Made by a program: the position numbers and the translations under genes
DNA from: Octopus vulgaris
Taxonomy: Eukaryota
Assembly (NCBI GenBank): GCA_951406725.2
Contig: OX597831.1
Span: forward strand, 58,900,001 to 58,964,000
Length of the DNA: 64,000 bases
Direction of reading: 5' to 3'
The notes under the pieces: generated by a model
Databases searched by the model: none
What the model was told of the DNA's origin: nothing
Seen by the model: only the letters and a program-made list of their open reading frames with translations
Shown: one piece after another, positions 42,611 to 64,000 of the stretch
Layout: each line of letters begins with the position of its first letter
How positions within the stretch are numbered: the stretch's first letter is position 1

Positions 42611-43386
42611 TATAGTATTTACTATTAAATTAAATCGTATAATTATGACATTTATCAATTACTGATTCCTATCATATTTTAATCAAAATTTCAAGTTTAT
42701 TTCAGACATATTGATAAATTTAACGAGTGACTTAGTACATTCTATATATATGAAATAGGTTTGTTAGAAAGAAAAAGAAAAAGACAATTGCTCTGATTCA
42801 TTATCTTTTAATGAGTATTTTGAGTATACGCACTTTTGTTTAGAAAATACAACTTTAAAAACTAGCAGAAGTCAATTATAACAAAATATATTAAAAACAT
42901 ACTCATATCTTACAGAGATTATATCGGAACTATCACTCTCAGAATGTATAATTAATCAAAGTTACTTTTGAATGAAATATATGAATTATTTGGGGATATC
43001 AAGTACCGTGTGAAGCAATATAGTAACCAGAATGATGCAACAACCATAGTGCACATGATTCTTAAACATCACATCAGGGTTTTGCTAAATTTTATCGTGA
43101 TGATAAGTCTTTCAGTCATGCGGCATTCAAGTGGTATGTGTGCGTGGGTGATGGGGGTTCTTTGCGCATATCTATTCGTATATATACGTGTATGTTTGTG
43201 TGTGTGTGTGTGTATGTGTATGTATATGTATATATATACACACATGTATATATATGTGTGTGTGTGCGTGTGTTTGATTCGACTGCATGCAAATTAATCT
43301 CGCATCCCCTTTACAGGAACCTACCTCGTACTGGTTTATATATATATACATATGTATCAAAAGAAAAACAGGACGCAAAGGATTTT

Positions 43387-43479
43387 GCGGTACATATGTT
43401 TCGGGCTTTATTGAACAACTAATTATTATATCAATGCATAGTTGATACAACAGATAGATCAAAAGCCTTCTTCAGCCGC
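43387..43479 (-). ncRNA. Type I hammerhead ribozyme motif (PLE-type, palindromic stem III) with very long stem II
   Basis: Minus strand gcgg-CTGAAGA-aggcttt...aaagccc-GAAA-catat-GTA-ccgc. Stem I is gcgg/ccgc, stem III lies within the palindrome ACATATGT, and the triplet is GTA. Stem II is extended by gttgtatcaa/ttgatataat. The motif lies in a ~260-bp insert (43355-43610) between TA runs. Confidence 0.8.
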
Positions 43480-43633
43480 GTACAATTACCACACCAAAGA
43501 CATGTATCACATTATAACAGGTTTGAGAAAGAGTTTGAGAAAAAACCGAGTTTCATTGGGAAAGTAAATCCTCATAGGCGTACATGGTATTGCGAGACTC
43601 AAAAACATATAGACATATATATATATATAGACA

Positions 43634-43708
<75 letters not shown>

Positions 43709-44926
43709 GTATATATAAAGAGAAAGAGAGAGAAAGAGAGGTGGAGTATAATTCCAATAATACTTAGTTATTTGACCTTTTACTACAATGGTGTAAAAAT
43801 TATCGCCTTCAATATATTGAATAGCTACTGAATACAATACAAAATTTCGATATGTGTTATACGTTTATTCGTGAACAAAAGCAAACACCAATGACTTACA
43901 GGTAACTATAACAGATTTGTAACCACTGACGTCGAAAACGAAGATCTATTTGCTTTGACGTTAAATTATTGATAGATAATTCAGTGTTCGATCTCGTCAC
44001 CTAGAATTGTGCTAATTGATTTATCGAATTTGCTTTAACTTCCAATGTCAAAGATTTTATATGCAACATGTTTATGGATAATGAAAGGTGGCACATAGCT
44101 TTCTAATGTCTGCACAGTTATTGTAAAGAGAAAATCTTTAGAATCGGTGCAATTTCTTGTTGGTTAAAATCCAGTTGGTTAAGTTCTACAGTACATTATG
44201 TAAACGAAATGAGACACTATTATAGATTAGTAGTTTTGTATTCAATCGCGATGCAAAGAATGCACTACCTTTGAAATTTTGTATAGCAGACGTTTGATGT
44301 CTGTCAGTATTTTCTGCATTTCATGCAGTAAGTACGTAATAGTCATCACTTGCTTTGGAGTTGTAAGGTGAAAATGAGATGTCAAAATCAAGTTGGTGCT
44401 ACATGGGAACATTTTGAAGTGATTCATTCCCTCCTGTTTTTTTATTCTTCTGTGTTAAGTACACATGCACTAGAGTGAAGCGGGCCGTTTTTCTTATGTT
44501 CTTGCATTTGGTAGAAACGCCCTCTGGTACTTGCGCAGAGAACATATTCCATGCCTTTCCTCAACTTCATTAGTTATCATAGTGATGTAGATTACTAAAT
44601 TCTTTCCATTACTTCAAATTTTGCGTTATAAGATACACTCGCAGTAACATACCTATTATTACTGGAGTAATAAGATATGTACCAAATCGCCTGAAGCATA
44701 GTATGGGTGAACATTTTATAGATCAAGATATCTGGAAAATGAAAGTTTGCAACATTTTCTTAAGATTTAAATGATGCCACCAAGCAGGGGGTCAGATCAG
44801 ATTGAAATTACAGTTAAAGATAGGAAAAGCATACGCAAAAGCATCTACTTTTCTACATCACTCTCCCCACCCTCTCTCTCTCTCTCTTTCTGTCTATCTA
44901 TACATATATACATGCATATATACACT

Positions 44927-45200
44927 GGCACAAGGGTTCCAGCTGATCTCAATAACGTAACAGCCTGCTCGCGAAACTAACATGCATGTGCTGTGCTCAC
45001 CACAGACACGTGTATCCTTAGCCTAGTTTCTAGAGAGATCCAGCGTGACACAGTGTAACAAAGCTGGCCCTTTGAATACGGGTACCACTAATTTTTGCCA
45101 GTCCAGCGAACTGGAGCAAATTGAAATAAAATCGCCGGGAATTTTACTAATGACCTTACGGTATTGAGCTAAATAGCCCAACCATTAATCTACTCGCTTT
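44927..45200 (-). mobile_element. Degenerate tRNA-derived SINE (family D)
   Basis: Resembles a recalled cephalopod SINE (aacagcctgctcg...ccacagacacgtgta...cagcgtgacacag...actggagcaa). It is single-copy here, so it is not internally verified. Confidence 0.5.
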
Positions 45201-45307
45201 CATTACACAAAACCACGCATACATACATACACTCACACATACAAACGTTCGTGCATACATACTTATATACATACACATATATAGCCATATAGTTATATAT
45301 ATATATG

Positions 45308-45319
45308 CATCTATCATTC

Positions 45320-45390
<71 letters not shown>

Positions 45391-45422
45391 CATCTATCTA
45401 TCTAACTATCTATCTATCTATC
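45308..45422. repeat. (TCTA)n microsatellite
   Basis: Direct reading. Confidence 0.95.
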
Positions 45423-46194
45423 GTTCTCTCTCTTTTAAACACGAACAATTACAGCTTACTAATATGCATTATGAGCCAACTAGAACGTCGGCGTTCTTCC
45501 TGGTGGAAATTACCACGACATTCCTGCAGAATTCATCATATTGTCTTAGAAAATTAGGAAGGCCACTTTAGACATTGAAACCCAGACAATGGAACACAAA
45601 TTTAAAACGAGGAGTGGCTATAGTGTAAGGATCTCATCAGGACGAACTGCGGTTGAACAGCGAAATATAACAGAAATATACAAAGCCAGTAAAATCTAAA
45701 GAACAGAAGATATAAGCAGGCCTGTAAACAGAAAAGGCTAGTAAGGAAATACGGATAAGGGATCCTTGTATAAGTTATCTACAAAAGCATGGATTAGCTA
45801 TTAATAAATAGTGTGTTGTGAAAAATGAGAAAATGAGAAAATTTATTTGTAAGGGAATGTAATAAAACTGTCAAAAATTCTTAAGTAACTAAGTCTGCGG
45901 GGATCGGTCCAGTAGCCGCTAAAAGACGTACTACACAATAAATTGATAGATTACTATATTCTGTAGTAAACATAGAATGAGAATATGGATATATTCCTTA
46001 CATCATGCTACTTTGTGATAAGGATGAGTGGCAAGATAATTTGTAGATGATAATAAAAACTTCAATATCGAAATGTTAAACGAATTGCAATGAGATATCA
46101 TAATATCATACACCACATTGAATGACGTTTGTCGATAGACACACGCACGCACACATGCAGGCAACAACTCACATACGCACGTATGCATGTGCTT

Positions 46195-46252
<58 letters not shown>

Positions 46253-46343
46253 ATATATTTACATATATCTTCGTATATGTTTGAACGTACTTTTGTGTGA
46301 GTGGACACAACATATGCGTATATTTAGAGTGCATATATACATA

Positions 46344-46374
<31 letters not shown>

Positions 46375-49001
46375 GTGTGTGTGTGTTCGAGAGTTTGTGT
46401 GTGTCTGTGTATATTTATGCGTGCTTATGTGTGTGTGTGTGTGTTTGTGCACGCGTGTGTATTAGAATATAAACGCATGAATGATGAGAATGATGTAACT
46501 CACAGAAGTTCTGTATAGAAACGGGTTGCAGTTTGAGAAATTTCTATTGCAGATATAAAATAATAATCCATTCTGTACTGGTGATAACAACATGTGTAGC
46601 ATACCATATTTTATTGTTTTTAAACCTAATAATTCAGTTGCCCTTCCACTCTACAGGGGCGCTAAGAATGGAGAGTGATAATCCCAAAACTGAGAGGAGG
46701 CTCAAATGGTTACAATACAAGATTACAATGGAATACGGGTAAATTACCCATGATAGCAGGTTGCGGTGTAAAAATTTGCGACGGTCTGGTTACCTCCCGA
46801 ATAATCTATATCGGCTTGAACTAAAAAAAAAAGTTAGGACTTCGTACAAATTCCAGAAGGCACCCGATCCAACGATCCTATAGCTTGGCCAATCAAGCAC
46901 TCTGGATATGGACCTCAAAGGGAGGAAAGGTGGAGTAGACTGCGAGATTTGAACTGAGAACATAAGAAGCGAAACAGATACAGTGAACGACTTTATCCGA
47001 TTCTTGAACGGCCAGTGTGTGAAGAGAACAAGTGTGTGTGAAGAATGCAATCTCCAATTACATAGAGGGATTGGAGAAAAATCTCGGGTTATCCGAGAAG
47101 CTACTTGAAGTGTGCTAAATGTGATAACTCTGTTTTATTTGTTTTATCACTGATCTGTGACTGTCAGGACTCTCCACTTTTAAGGATTACTAGGTTACTC
47201 CTATGTGGGCCTTGTTTTCTGAGTGTTGTTTGTGCCCATATGTTTGATCAATGTTGCTGAAGACGTGAGCTGTCACTGTTGCGTCACCGTTTTCAGCGTA
47301 TATTTGTAATTGCTGATGTTTACCGTTAGTCCCTTTTGATAATCACTATTTTAAAAAAAACCGTTTAATTTCTATGTATTGGGCTGCTTTATTTTGTTCT
47401 ATCACTTTTCGGATAGAAATGTGAAAGAGATATGATTACTGCTGCTAGCAGGTAGGTAGATAAATATACGTATTTGGTTTCTGCATATAATGCAGACCAG
47501 ATGGACGAGAATTAATCGAAATGCGTACACTAACCAATGTGATTATTGTTATTTTGTTCAGAAACTACGCAGGAGCATAATGAAAGGCGCTCCATTCATG
47601 ACATTGTGGTTTACTTCCTTCACGATGTTAGGATGTGATTGAGGTTATTTGGCAACTATTTGAAGCAATTCGATCAACGTAGAGAGACTCGTTCTGGTTC
47701 AATCGTTGTTCCCTCGTTGGCATTTAGAAATACCCGCTTTGGCCCAGTTTTGTAGATTGCTGAAGTTAAGATTTGGGTATATGGCTAGAATATTAACGAT
47801 ACAAGAATGTCAGAGATAATCTATGAATTGCAAAGCCAAGTAAAATTTACTCGTTAAGGATTGTTTCACAACGAATGTGAGATAATCGAAGTCTGTTAAT
47901 GATTCTGTAGGAAGTCATATATAATGTAAGTGTATATGCGTGTGTTTTGAGCTAAGTTCACAATTGAGCCCAGATAACAATGTTTAACTTGAAGAAATTT
48001 TGCTTGAATTTACCACGATATACTGTATCAAGTAGCTCTCTTTCGAAATTTTAGAAGACATTGATCCTAGGTTAAGAATTTTATAATAGTGTTCATAACG
48101 AGATTTTGCAGTTGGATGCGATATTGTTGCTTTAAAGATATTGTGAACAGGTGAGATTGAGATGCGGAAGATGAGATTGTGATTCCTTAACCTACAATGA
48201 ATTACTGAGGTATGCTAAATTATTATGGATCGATCGTTTTCAGCAGATTATTTTGAAAGATTTCTTTTCCCGTCATAATTTCATTAAGGCAGTGGTTTCG
48301 GCATAATTCTGTTATATAAATTTCGGTCGACGTAATTTCAATATACCTGCGTCTCTTCTTTGTAAAATAATCTAGTAATTTACGGAGGACTTCACCAGGT
48401 GCCGACACAAATTTTATCTTGCATAAACGTAGCCAATTCATACGAAATTTAAATGTTAGAATAGATGTTGCTATAAGCACTAGTAAAGGGCGCATGGCAA
48501 CAAAATATAATTAGCTATTATTCCCCAATGAATCAAACGGAATCAATACATAACTGAATATGATTAATATTTCGGGTGCATTTTGAAATTTTAGGTTCCA
48601 TAGTTCGTAGAAATAATTAGTAGAGATAGCTTGCGAAATTGATTTTACATTCAGCACAACGTACATATATATTCCGCTTCACATGTTTTATACGTATAAT
48701 ACAATAAGTTTTCTGACGAACACTCAAAAAGACAATACAAAAACCACAATGCATATTCCATAAATATATCACAAATAGGAATATATATATATATGCGGGT
48801 AAAAGTCAATACTTAAGTAGTAAGAATATTACGTAAACGTAAAAGGATAAATATGACACCAAAATGTCGAGAGGAAAATTTATTCATTTTGCAGGATAAT
48901 CAATTTGCTTTACTATCAATAAACTAAAAGGAAACGCATACAAGCAGCATATTTCTTCTGAAGTTGTGAATGTTTAGAAAATATGACTGTATCTATATGT
49001 G

Positions 49002-49089
<88 letters not shown>

Positions 49090-49409
49090 CTATGGAAACA
49101 TGAACATGAGGAAAATCAAATAAGAGATATCTGACTACAATATGTCTCCATGTTTTCGTATATAAACACGGCATACAGAAAATGTCTAAATTGAACATGC
49201 CGAGAAGAAAAAGAAGCAATGCTCAGACTTGCAAAATTTAGATATATAGATTATTTAATCTATTGTTTCGGTGCACAAACAATAAAAGATGTCGGTAAAT
49301 GGCAACATTAGTGTGGGGGTCAGCATATTGCTGACTATGAAGTAACTAGAAATGCTAGTCTTGAAGAAATATTGATTTAATAAGTAAGACAGATATGGAA
49401 ATGTATTTG

Positions 49410-49495
<86 letters not shown>

Positions 49496-49649
49496 TATTA
49501 ACAAGACGAATAGAGCGAGCCTGTCCGTTTATGATTTCGGTTCATAATTGTAATGTCAGGATGATCTTAATAGAGGAAACTCCAGGGTTAAAACTCATTA
49601 TTATCTTTATCATCATCATCATCACCATCATCATCATCATTATTTTATT

Positions 49650-49680
<31 letters not shown>

Positions 49681-49697
49681 TTATTATTATTATTAGA

Positions 49698-49900
49698 AAG
49701 GTGGCGAGCTGGCTAAATATTTAGCATATCGGGCAAAATGTTTTGCGGCATTTCGTGTGTCTTTACTTTCTGAGTCCAAATTACGTCGAGGACGACTTTG
49801 CTTTCGTACTTTCGGGGTAAATAATATTAGTATCAGTTGAGTACTGGGGTCAATGTGATCGACTACACTCGTCACCATAAATTCCAGATTTCGTGCCAAC
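49698..49900 (+). mobile_element. SINE family A relative, degenerate (duplicate ~58463-58665)
   Basis: ggcgagctggc head and degenerate core. Confidence 0.75.
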
Positions 49901-49924
49901 AGCAGAAAATATCATTATTATTAT

Positions 49925-50793
49925 TCATTCGTAAAACAGTGTAAGTGAAAATCCCCCGGTGTCTTTTGTCATCTGTCAAATCACAACAAGGACCTCAAAC
50001 AGATAATAGTTTCCTTAATTTGTGCGCTGTGGCCAATAAGGCGGCTTTTTGCCACTGGGATTTCCAGTTGCCTTAAGAAGTGTTGTAATTTCAATGGAAT
50101 CGATCACAACACTCCGATTACGATTAGTATCACTTTCCATACAGTCTTGCCATTTCCACTTTCAATTCAGAGAACTTCATGATTTGTTCAACAATATTAC
50201 GCAGAATAAGTTGGCGAGAGGGCAGAAACGTTATCACGCCGGGCGAAATGCTTAACTGTATTTCGTCTGTCTTTGCGTTCTAAGCTCAAATTCCGCCGAG
50301 GTCGACTTTACCTTTCATCCTTTTGAGGTCGATAAATTAAGTACCAGTTGTGTTCTGGAGTCGATGTAATCGACTGCCCCCTCCCCCAATATTTCGGAGC
50401 TTGTGCCTAAAGTAGAAAAGTATTACTCACAATATTCATATCATTTGGTATGACTGCATCAATGATCTGGCAGTATTTGTCTATCTTATTCAACATGATG
50501 ATATCCAGCCAACGGTTTTCGATTGCACGATCCACCTGAAAATCGTAGTTCCAGAGTATCGTTACTTTTTCATCCGCCTACACAACTTTACTTGGTGCAT
50601 GCCTATAACAGTTCTCTGTTACTTCATACTGGCATTTACGGCATAAGAGCCAATGTAGCTACACACACACCTTCTCGTGGTAGCGCTTGTATACATTTTT
50701 GCAAGGGTTACCAAACGTTCCACAGAATCTGCATTTCTGGGTGTCAGAAGTTTTATAGATGTTATACTTGACTAACTCGGTAGCAAGAGCGTG
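49925..50793 (-). mobile_element. Old R4/Dong LINE 3' fragment interrupted by a SINE (duplicate ~58690-59558)
   Basis: HALATELVKYNIYKTSDTQKCRFCG; YKRYHEKV..LHWLLCRK..YRHAPSKVV..VTILWNYDFQVDRAIENRWLDII...CQIIDAVIPND; [SINE]; MKFSELKVEMARL..VILIVIGVL*SIP...QKAALLATAHKLRKLLSV*. Confidence 0.85.
50208..50420 (+). mobile_element. SINE family A nested in the old Dong element (duplicate ~58973-59185)
   Basis: Head and core as at 5603; flanked by short acaatatt repeats. Confidence 0.85.
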
Positions 50794-50843
<50 letters not shown>

Positions 50844-50865
50844 GTTATTGTTGTTGTTGTTGTTG

Positions 50866-50908
<43 letters not shown>

Positions 50909-50912
<4 letters not shown>

Positions 50913-51040
50913 TAGTTTTATTTTTATAGCGTGCTTTCACTTCAATACCGAGCGCAGCTCTGTGTGCCTTAGGTATGTGCTGTGATTTATTGTGATGCTC
51001 TGATGGTTATTTTATGGAAAGTGTTCTGCGTAGGATGTAT
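50909..51040 (-). mobile_element. Extremely 5'-truncated (~130 bp) copy of the young Dong element 3' end
   Basis: Near-identical to 51059-51195 and separated from it by a short (TTA)n run. Confidence 0.9.
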
Positions 51041-51058
51041 TCTGCGTATTATTATTAT

Positions 51059-52480
51059 TCAGTAGTTTTATTTTTATTTTTATAGCGTGCTTTCACTTCA
51101 CTACCGAGCGCAGCTCTGTGTGCCTTGGGTATGTGCTGTGATTTGTTGTGATGCTCTGATGGTTATTGTATGGAAAGTTTTCTGCGTAGGATGTGTGCAG
51201 TGCCTAGTAGTGCAATTTTCTGTATGTTATATGTGTTTGTAAGTCCTGGTGTTTTTGTTATGTATTTGTCTGAATATTTTTTTATCATGCCTAATGCACC
51301 TACTATGATAGGAATTGTTTCTGTTTTCAGATTCCACATTCTAGTTACCTCTATTTCCAGGTCTTTGTATTTTGAGAGTTTCTCCATTTCTTTTAGAGAC
51401 ATGTTGTCATCAGCCGGTACTGATACATCAATTAGAAAGCATTTTTTTTCTTCATGGTCTCTGACAACTATATCTGGTCTGTTGGCCTTAATTTCTCTAT
51501 CTGTGTGTATCGGCATATCCCAGAGTATGGTTGCTTTCTCGTTTTCTGTGACCTTTTGTGGTGTGTGCCTATACCATCTTTTTTCTGTTGTTATTCCATA
51601 ATGTTGGCATAGCTTCCAATGTATGTAAGTTCCAACTCTGTCATGTCTGTGAATATATTCCTTCTTAGCCAGGACTGGGCAGCTAGAGATAATATGATTT
51701 ATTGTTTCTTGTCCATCTCCACATATTCTGCAGTTACTTGTAATATTTCTTTTCATTACATGTTTTTGGTAATTTCTGGTGGGGAGGCTTTGGTCTTGTG
51801 CTGCAATTAAAAATCCCTCTGTTTCTGCTTTGAGTCCTGAGCTTCTCAACCATTGCTGGGATTTTTCTTTGTCTATTTCTTTTGCGTTTAGTTTAGTCCA
51901 GTATTTACCATGAAGGGGCTTTTCTTGCCATCGTTTTATCATGGTTCGTTGCTGTTCTATTTTTAGTTTGGATTTCATTTTTTTTATAGCTTTTGTTGTT
52001 TCTTCATCTTCTTCTTCTTCTTCATGTTTATTAGGTGGTATGATTTCTTGTTTGTATTTGTCAGCTTCCTTAAATACTGAGAACAGTTTTTTGTTTTGCT
52101 CGTGTTTTGCCGCTATCTGGATCAGTTTTCCTTCCTTCTGAAGTAGATATTTTTGCAGACCTAAGGTGGTTATTTTATAGTAGTTTTCCAGCTGTATAAG
52201 GCATCTACCACCTTCTATACGTTGTATATATAGTCTTTCTATGTCAGATTTTGGGTGATGCATCCTAGATCCTGTCATTATTTTTCTTGTTTTCCTGTCT
52301 ATTTTGGTCAGTTCATTTCGTGTCCAGTTAAGGATATTGTAGCTGTAACTTATAACTGGGACAGCTAAAGTGTTGATACCTATTATCTTGTTTTTAGCAT
52401 TGTGCTCTGTGTTTAGTATTGATCTAACTCGTCTATAATATTCTTTTTTTATTTTCTCTTTCATTTGTGTGTGTTGTGTC
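51059..52480 (-). mobile_element. Young 5'-truncated R4/Dong-clade LINE inserted in (TAA)n; open ORF for RT thumb, CCHC knuckle and restriction-like endonuclease
   Basis: ORF 51163-52480: HHPKSDIERLY...GGR; WQEKPLHG; ETEGFLIAAQDQ; CRICGDGQETINHIISSC; RHDRV; ILWD..IHTD..IKANRPDIVV...IDVSVP...EKLSKYKDL; IIVGALG. (TAA)n lies on both flanks in element sense. The RT catalytic core is absent. Confidence 0.95.
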
Positions 52481-52527
<47 letters not shown>

Positions 52528-53114
52528 GAGTGAAAGAACAATGCATGCAATCAAAGTGACACTGGGGTAAAATATAGAAAGTCCAGTATAGAATTAAGTA
52601 ATATGTTTTCTCAAATCACCACAGAGCCACTTGCATGCATCAGGATAGGAGTCAACTTGTAGCTTGGAAATATCTTTGGACTGTTTCCTCACATTAATGC
52701 ACCATGTAATTAGAAACATTAGAAATAAGGATCCTTTAGAGAGGCAGATACCTCCATGGGACACTTCTGATAGACTTGACACAATTTTTTCCGCTTATAT
52801 ATGTTAATGAGAGACGGTGACAGTTTAGCAAATTGTGATCATATCGAGGTGTCCTAAGTTAAGGAGCTGAAGAGAGAAGGTTTTGCTTGACATGATATTT
52901 TCAAGGTTATATTTTAGCTCTGACGTTAGTTTAATGCCATAGCTGGATGTTTCTTTCCACATAATACGTTGTACTAACATGTTTTTCCGCTTTTAGAGGT
53001 CTACTTTCCGTCCAGAATTATGCTTAAAATAGCTATTATGATATGCACACAGGCATCTGTTCCATATGTATGTATGTATATACACATATTTATATGTATC
53101 TCTCTCTCTCTCTC

Positions 53115-53172
<58 letters not shown>

Positions 53173-53206
53173 CACAATATATACATATATATGTATATAC
53201 ATATAC

Positions 53207-53239
<33 letters not shown>

Positions 53240-54019
53240 TACATATATATACATGCATACATACATGCATACATCCGTACATACATACATACATACATAC
53301 TTACATACATACATATATGTATGAACACGGGGAGACAAAGAGAATAAACGGAAGACTTTTGCCTATTCATTAAATTCTCATGCCCTATAGCAGTGAATTA
53401 ATTTTAGAAAATGATTATTTCGAATTCAAATATTGCATTCAAAATAAATCTGAATAATATAGGCAATCATGGAAATTTCATTACCATATTTCTGATTCCA
53501 CATGAAGAAATTGTGCACATGTTACTTTAGAGTATATGTATTTAGTTAATATCGGAATGTGCATTCTCATTTCAGCATATCTATTAGCGTATTTGATTTC
53601 ATTTCATTAAAACCACTTATCCCTGGTTATTCTAATAATAAATCAACTAATACAATTCGGAAATATTTTAGAGAATACCATTAAGCTATGGCATTTAGAG
53701 AATGTTCTTTTATAAATTGCATATTTAGCTAACATATAACGGGGAAGTTTAAACTAGTCATCTACTTTGCGATTGGAGGAAATAACAAGTCTACACTATG
53801 ATAATGGAGATGATATAAAATAGGGACAACTAAGAAAATAAAAAGCTCTGTGAGTAAAATATTCTCTACTGCTAACATTTACTTCTACTTTGGGTATGAA
53901 CCTACAATTCAAAAGGAATCGGCCTATTTAGTATAGTTCTTAGAGTATGTGGATGTGTGGATGACTCTTAGAATAATATTATTTTCAAATTTTGACATAA
54001 AGCCAGCAATTTCGATATA

Positions 54020-54222
54020 CAGGGTTGGCCAAAAGTCATCCGAGAGTAAAGCTAAATTCCGTAAGTACTATCTGTAATTCTGTATTGACTCGAATGGGAA
54101 TATGTGTCGCGCAAGAACTTCAGTTTGAACAATTTTATTAAAATCTTTCAGTTGTTAAACATAAATAAATCTTGGAATCAAATGGTTTTGATTTACTGTC
54201 AGGTAACTTTTGCCCACCCCTG
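54020..54222. mobile_element. Small Tc1/mariner-like non-autonomous TIR element (duplicate 62815-63017)
   Basis: cagggttggccaaaagtcatccgagagtaaa matches the reverse complement of the right end, caggggtgggcaaaagttacctgacagtaaa. TA on the left flank. Confidence 0.7.
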
Positions 54223-54232
54223 AATATATGTT

Positions 54233-54338
<106 letters not shown>

Positions 54339-54501
54339 TGTGTGTGCGTGTGTGTGTGTAACGGAGTATCGTTACTTCGGATAACAACTATAGTGCAGAT
54401 TCATGAAATTGTCGTATTGTTCTGATAATTCTGATGTAATCGTATTACATACTGAATTGCAGTGCAAATACAAAAGCCACTTTATTGTTTTCTAAACAAA
54501 A

Positions 54502-54601
54502 NNNNNNNNNNNNNNNNNNNNNNNNNNNNNNNNNNNNNNNNNNNNNNNNNNNNNNNNNNNNNNNNNNNNNNNNNNNNNNNNNNNNNNNNNNNNNNNNNNN
54601 N
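54502..54601. other. Assembly gap (100 N)
   Basis: Run of N of standard placeholder length. Confidence 0.99.
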
Positions 54602-63290
<8,689 letters not shown>

Positions 63291-63306
63291 CAAGTTTGTA
63301 TCCCAC

Positions 63307-63399
63307 ATTATGTTATATTATGTTATGTTATGTTATGTTATGTTATGTTATGTTATGTTATGTTATGTTATGTTATTTTATATTATATTATATTATATT
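63307..63399. repeat. (TTATG)n/(TTATA)n pentanucleotide microsatellite
   Basis: Direct reading. Confidence 0.93.
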
Positions 63400-63630
63400 A
63401 AGGCGGAGAGCTGACAGAACCGTTAGCACGCCGGGTAAAATGCGTAGCCGTATTTCGTCTGCCGTAACGTTCTGAGTTCAAATTCCGCCGACGTCGACTT
63501 TGCCTTTCATCCTTTCGGGGTCGCTAAATTAAGTACCCGTTACGCACTGGGGTCGATGTAATCGACTTAATTCGTTTGTCTGTCCTTGTTTTTCCCCTCT
63601 GTGTTTAGCCACTTGTGGGTAATAAAGAAA
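63400..63630 (+). mobile_element. SINE family A, full length
   Basis: Homologous to 5603-5830. Confidence 0.92.
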
Positions 63631-64000
63631 CATATATTAATGTATGACGATGAAGTGAGAGATGCGGATTTGACTGTTGCTTGTAGCAGATTAGTGCGGT
63701 GCGTAACTTATGATTTTTCTTTCAAGTGTGAAAACTTTCTCAATAAGAATCAAGACATTGACATTACGAAACCGTTGATCTATGGAAGTTTTTAGCTTTG
63801 ACACGAACGAGAAGGTTAAATACTTGAAATACAATTTTGACAATAGTTATATATTTAATCTCACCATCAGAAAACAACATCAGAATTTGCGAAGTTTTAT
63901 AAAGTTGAACACTTTGTAAATGTGTTATTTCGGATTTTATTTTTCTTGTCTGCAAATAAGAATTTTCGATTCGTTCATACGTATAGTGAATATATTTTGA

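Noticed and set aside
48223-48495. 90-aa ORF conserved in both duplicate copies
   Set aside because: The conservation only reflects the duplicated segment, and no domain is recognisable.
52481-52554. Poly-Asn N-terminal extension making a 463-aa fusion protein
   Set aside because: The start is TTG within an adjacent repeat and the poly-N is the (AAT)n target site. The element is 5'-truncated and there is no evidence of a domesticated gene.
52594-52800. Weak RT-like peptide VSHGGICLS...SYPD on the minus strand
   Set aside because: Similarity to QG/YADD motifs is too weak to support a call.

Overview
This is AT-rich eukaryotic (animal) genomic DNA, not prokaryotic. The SINE families and microsatellite density suggest a cephalopod, probably Octopus (inference from recalled repeat families). 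I found no recognisable host protein-coding gene, rRNA, intact tRNA or CRISPR array. Most long ORFs in the track are read-throughs of (TA)n, (CA)n or (TAA)n microsatellites. The window is a transposon graveyard: a Helitron helicase remnant, three mariner remnants, a small TIR element, RTE, Tx1/L1-like, Hero-like and R4/Dong LINE fragments, Penelope-like (PLE) fragments and at least four tRNA-derived SINE families. Four things stand out. (1) Several small non-coding elements next to TA microsatellites carry type I hammerhead ribozyme folds with unusually long stem II. The best are 27056-27130 (+) and 43387-43479 (-), and they co-occur with PLE reverse-transcriptase remnants. (2) R4/Dong insertions of different ages are stacked in one (TAA)n locus (49.6-52.6 kb). 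(3) There is a duplication-inversion-duplication rearrangement at 16.7-20.6 kb. (4) An 8.7 kb duplication flanks a 100-N gap and is most likely an assembly artefact. All translations, alignments and folds were done by eye, and boundaries of degenerate elements are approximate.
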